A stretch of DNA of 64,000 bases, from NCBI GenBank assembly GCA_950097015.1, contig CATNEN010000034.1:2852001-2916000 (forward strand), in the 5' to 3' direction. Below the pieces are notes generated by a model. That model did not search any database and was not told where the DNA came from. It saw nothing but the letters and a program-made list of their open reading frames with translations. How positions within the stretch are numbered: the stretch's first letter is position 1; each line of letters starts with the position of its first letter. This DNA comes from Macrostomum hystrix. Taxonomy: Eukaryota; Animalia; Platyhelminthes. The translations under genes and the position numbers were made by a program. Shown in pieces: positions 60,625 through 64,000 of this stretch.

Positions 60625-63600
60625 TCAAGTGTGCCCGGTATCGGAGTCGCTGTCAACAATACTAGGCGATTGCTGTGGCGGCGGTGGCAGAGGTGGAGGC
60701 GGAGGAGACGGGAGCCTGTCAAGACCCTCTGAGCTTGTGGAACCGGCTGATCCGGTTTCGGCAGCGGCTGCTGCTTCGAGCCGCGTCAGGCGACGCTTCA
60801 GCCGGGCCTGGCCGGCGCCGAACTCGGCGGCCAGCCGCGCAAGCCGAGTGTGCAGGCAGCCGACGCTATCGGCAAGGCGCTCCAGCTGCTGCGCCTGGCT
60901 CTCCTGAGTCTCCTCTGCCCGCCTGACCGCGGCCTCGTCCAACAAGTTGTCTTTGCGCAAAACGTCTCGGCCGCGTTGTATCAAGCGTCGCCTAGCTTCT
61001 GGATATTCGTCCAGGGCGGCCCACAGGTCACGCTTGCTCAGGCAGAACAGGTCCGAGTAGCCCTGGCTGCGCACGTTCGCTGTTCGACGATTGCCAGTCT
61101 TGTTGCCAGGAATGTTCAGCAGGGACACCTGTTGGTTTCACACGTGTCACTAACTTATTTTCAAGCATTCTAACTGAAGGTGCGCAACAGCTCGACTGCA
61201 GCAACCAATGTTCTTTCATAGACCTTGGGGCTGCGAGGCCTATGTGGTCACTAACCTCGCCAAAGACGCAGCCCTCTCTCAGAGTGGCGAACACAGTTTT
61301 GCCATCCTGAGCTACCACGCTCAGCCGGCCTCGCTTGACAATGTACATCTCCTTGCCGATGTCGCCCTGACGGCATATATAGTCACCCGGCGAGAATACT
61401 TGAAGGCGCAGCTTGAGCAGCAGCTCAATAAGCAGTCCGGGTTCGCAGTCGCGAAATATTGCGACCCGTCGAAGAGTGTCGAAGTGCACGTGGATGGCGA
61501 TCTCGGCCCGCAGCTTGTCTGGCAGGCTGGCCAGAATGGCACCCTCGTCAAGCGACTGCTTGTTGCACCAGTGATAGTCGAACCAGCGAATAACCCGACG
61601 CTCCAGCTCCTTGCCAACATGCCGGAACTCCATGTAGCGCTTCACCTGGACGGGGGGAACAGTTCTTAATTAAATTCAGCTAACAATGCTTGTTTATTTA
61701 TAATCCGCGACATCTCAACACTTATCCCATTAACTTCCCCAACCTTTGTACTGTCCCACTGATCTCCCTGAATGCCGGCATTTTATCCCGAGACACATGT
61801 CCATATCTGAAATCCGGGAAGCTGTTTGATCGCCCGTCTGGCCAGTTCACTAACGCATTGGCCAGAACAACGGCAAAGTGAACGACAAGAATGTTGCCTC
61901 CGTTTTCTTCCAATATTTCCTTAAATAAATGAAGAAGTCCCAGAGGCAAGCTTGGAGGAGTTTAAGTGCTGAAGTTCGGTTCAGTGTGATTCAGTCCTCT
62001 AAGAGTTTTTTTCTAGAATGGGATTGAGCAGATGGATGCTCTGAAGTGTATGAGCACTAGCGGAAAAGACTGCGCTTCGGATTAATGTGAGGCTGGTCAA
62101 AACACATCTAGCTCTGCGGCATGTGGGAATTTCTGGAAGGTTTTGCTTCGAGTCTGCACATTTTTATCGATCCAATTCAACAAAGAAGGAGGCGAGTTGC
62201 TCTAGACTTGTTTAAATGTACCAGCACTAGCTCTTATGGGCCAGAGATTAGCCGAGGATTCAATCTTTCAGTGCATCTGGAAGCCGCAGCAATGTTTCTT
62301 TCTGTGGAATGTTGTACCACGGCTCGGGACTTCTCGGTAAATTATTTACATATGCATTTCTAGATAGATCAGATAAAAAGATAGCCACTTCACATAAAGC
62401 AACGACACTGCATCATCCACCCCTTTCACTTTCGTCCGTAATAAATAGACAAAAACCCAAATCTAAGCCATGCACATTCTACCCACCTCATTCCTGATTC
62501 ATCCCACAAACCAACCACCCCAATCTAAGCAATGTACATTCTACCCACCCCATTCCTGTTTCATCCCACAAACCAACAACCCCAATCTAACAAATGTACA
62601 TTCTAGCCACCTCATTCATGTTTCATCCCACAAACCAACCACCCCAATCTAAGCAATGTACATTCTACCCACCCCATTTCTGTTTCATCCCACGAACCAA
62701 CAACCCCAATCTAAGCAATGTACATTCTACGCACCCCATTCCTGTTTTATCCCACGAACCAACCACCCCAATCTAAGCTATGTACATTCGACCCACCTCA
62801 TTTCGCTAGCCAGCCACATTATTATCTTATATACAGTATACATGTACGCACCATAACTGGTCAGCGACAGTTCGTACACGAGCTAGATTATTAAATGTTC
62901 TACTGTAAGTAGTAAAATCGCATGAAGCACAGAGCACGTGACCCGCATAAGCCTGTCTAGTATCGACTGCAAGCATATGCTTTACGTGGAAAAATGACAA
63001 TTTTGATCTGCAGCAGCCTAGATTGCCTGTTTCTCTACTGTCCTATCTCGCGGCTTACTCAACAAGTTAATCAACTCGAAAACTCCCATTCGCCCTGCTT
63101 CTGTGGCTTCCCGAGCAATCTGCGAGTGCTTCGCTTGTCGTCCACTGCATACAAATGGCTTGGCGTGCATCTGGCATGTGAAGGAAAATTCCTGCGCAAT
63201 TAAAAAACACAGCGACAGATTCCAAGTTGGTCATACCATATTCCTACAATCTGATCCTATTTATGATCCCTGAATCCCTCATGATCCCTGAATCCCTCCA
63301 GATCCCTGAATACCTCCAGATCCCTGAATCCCTCATAATCCCCTGAATCCCTCATGATCCCTGAATCCCTCATAATCCCTGAATCCCTCATGATCCCTGA
63401 ATCCCTCATGATCCCTGAATCCCTCATGATCCCTGAATCCCTCATAATCCCCTGAATCCATGATGATCCCTGAATCCCTTATGATACCTGAATCCCTGAG
63501 TCCCCTCCAGCAGCTGAGCGCACTCACGCCATCCATCTTCTGCTGGAAGTCGCTCCTTGCCGCGTTCATATTGGCAATCATGGAGCCAACGTTGCCAACG

Positions 63601-64000
63601 ATGGTGGCGAATACCAGCACGCCAACCAGAAAATCGGCCGTGACAAAGGCGTACTCCACATTCAGCACCGGGTGCGGCGTCTCCCCGATGGTGGTGAGGG
63701 TCAGGGCCGACCAGTAGAATGAGTAGATGTACTCGCGGTGGAAGTCCTCCCATTCCGTGCTATAATTGTAGGCCTCCGTGGGAGCCAGCTGGCACGCTTC
63801 GCCCCTCGGCGGGTAAACCCAGGCGTCGCTACCGAGGCCCAGGGCCTTTGAGATGGCGAAGAATAGGCAGGCGTTCCAGTGGATGATGACCAGGATGTAC
63901 AGCACCAGCTGGAGCACGCGGAACAGATTCGGCCAGCTGGTGCGGGTTTCGGTTCTGTCGAAGAATTCCAAAACTCTGCGCACTTTCAGCAGGCGATTGA
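60625..64000 (-). CDS. Cyclic nucleotide-gated channel alpha subunit (CNGA/TAX-4-like), 3' part
   Basis: Exons (>64000)-63528, 61645-61256, 61128-60625, phase 0. S4 end RLLKVRRV, pore [17 protein letters not shown]-linker, CNBD FGEVSLL...[11 protein letters not shown]-terminal leucine zipper. Confidence 0.95.
62460..62800. repeat. Tandem repeat of about 62 bp, CNG intron
   Basis: Unit contains ATCTAAGCAATGTACATTCTACCCACC...CATCCCACAAACCAAC. Confidence 0.9.
63255..63500. repeat. 18-bp minisatellite, CNG intron
   Basis: Unit TCCCTGAATCCCTCATGA. Confidence 0.92.

Overview
Eukaryotic (animal, invertebrate) genomic DNA with GT-AG spliced genes, no operon or CRISPR signatures, and about 33 unrelated mini/microsatellite arrays covering roughly 18 kb (my rough tally, just under 30%). 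GC-rich exons with private intronic minisatellites resemble the flatworm Macrostomum; this is inference only. Nine host genes were reconstructed by hand: phosphagen (arginine-type) kinase (5' part), tetraspanin, C2H2 zinc-finger protein, clan-2-like cytochrome P450, DEG/ENaC channel, an NPY/NPF-like neuropeptide precursor, a calmodulin-like protein, Rap1 and a CNGA-type channel (3' part). Mobile DNA comprises two divergent Crypton-type tyrosine-recombinase elements (one intact, one decayed), a 5'-truncated RNase H-bearing LINE with a 13-bp TSD, and a tRNA-derived SINE family (3 copies, one with a 14-bp TSD). The leading candidate for an undescribed system is an architecture shared by both recombinase loci: clustered CCATAGA(CA)/(TG)TCTATGG motifs and a 230-242 bp inverted-repeat-bounded, dyad-containing cassette just upstream of the recombinase ORF, possibly an invertible switch. 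The second is an NPY-like peptide predicted to end in RRRV-amide rather than RxRF/Y-amide. All gene models and motif scans were done by eye, with no database searches.
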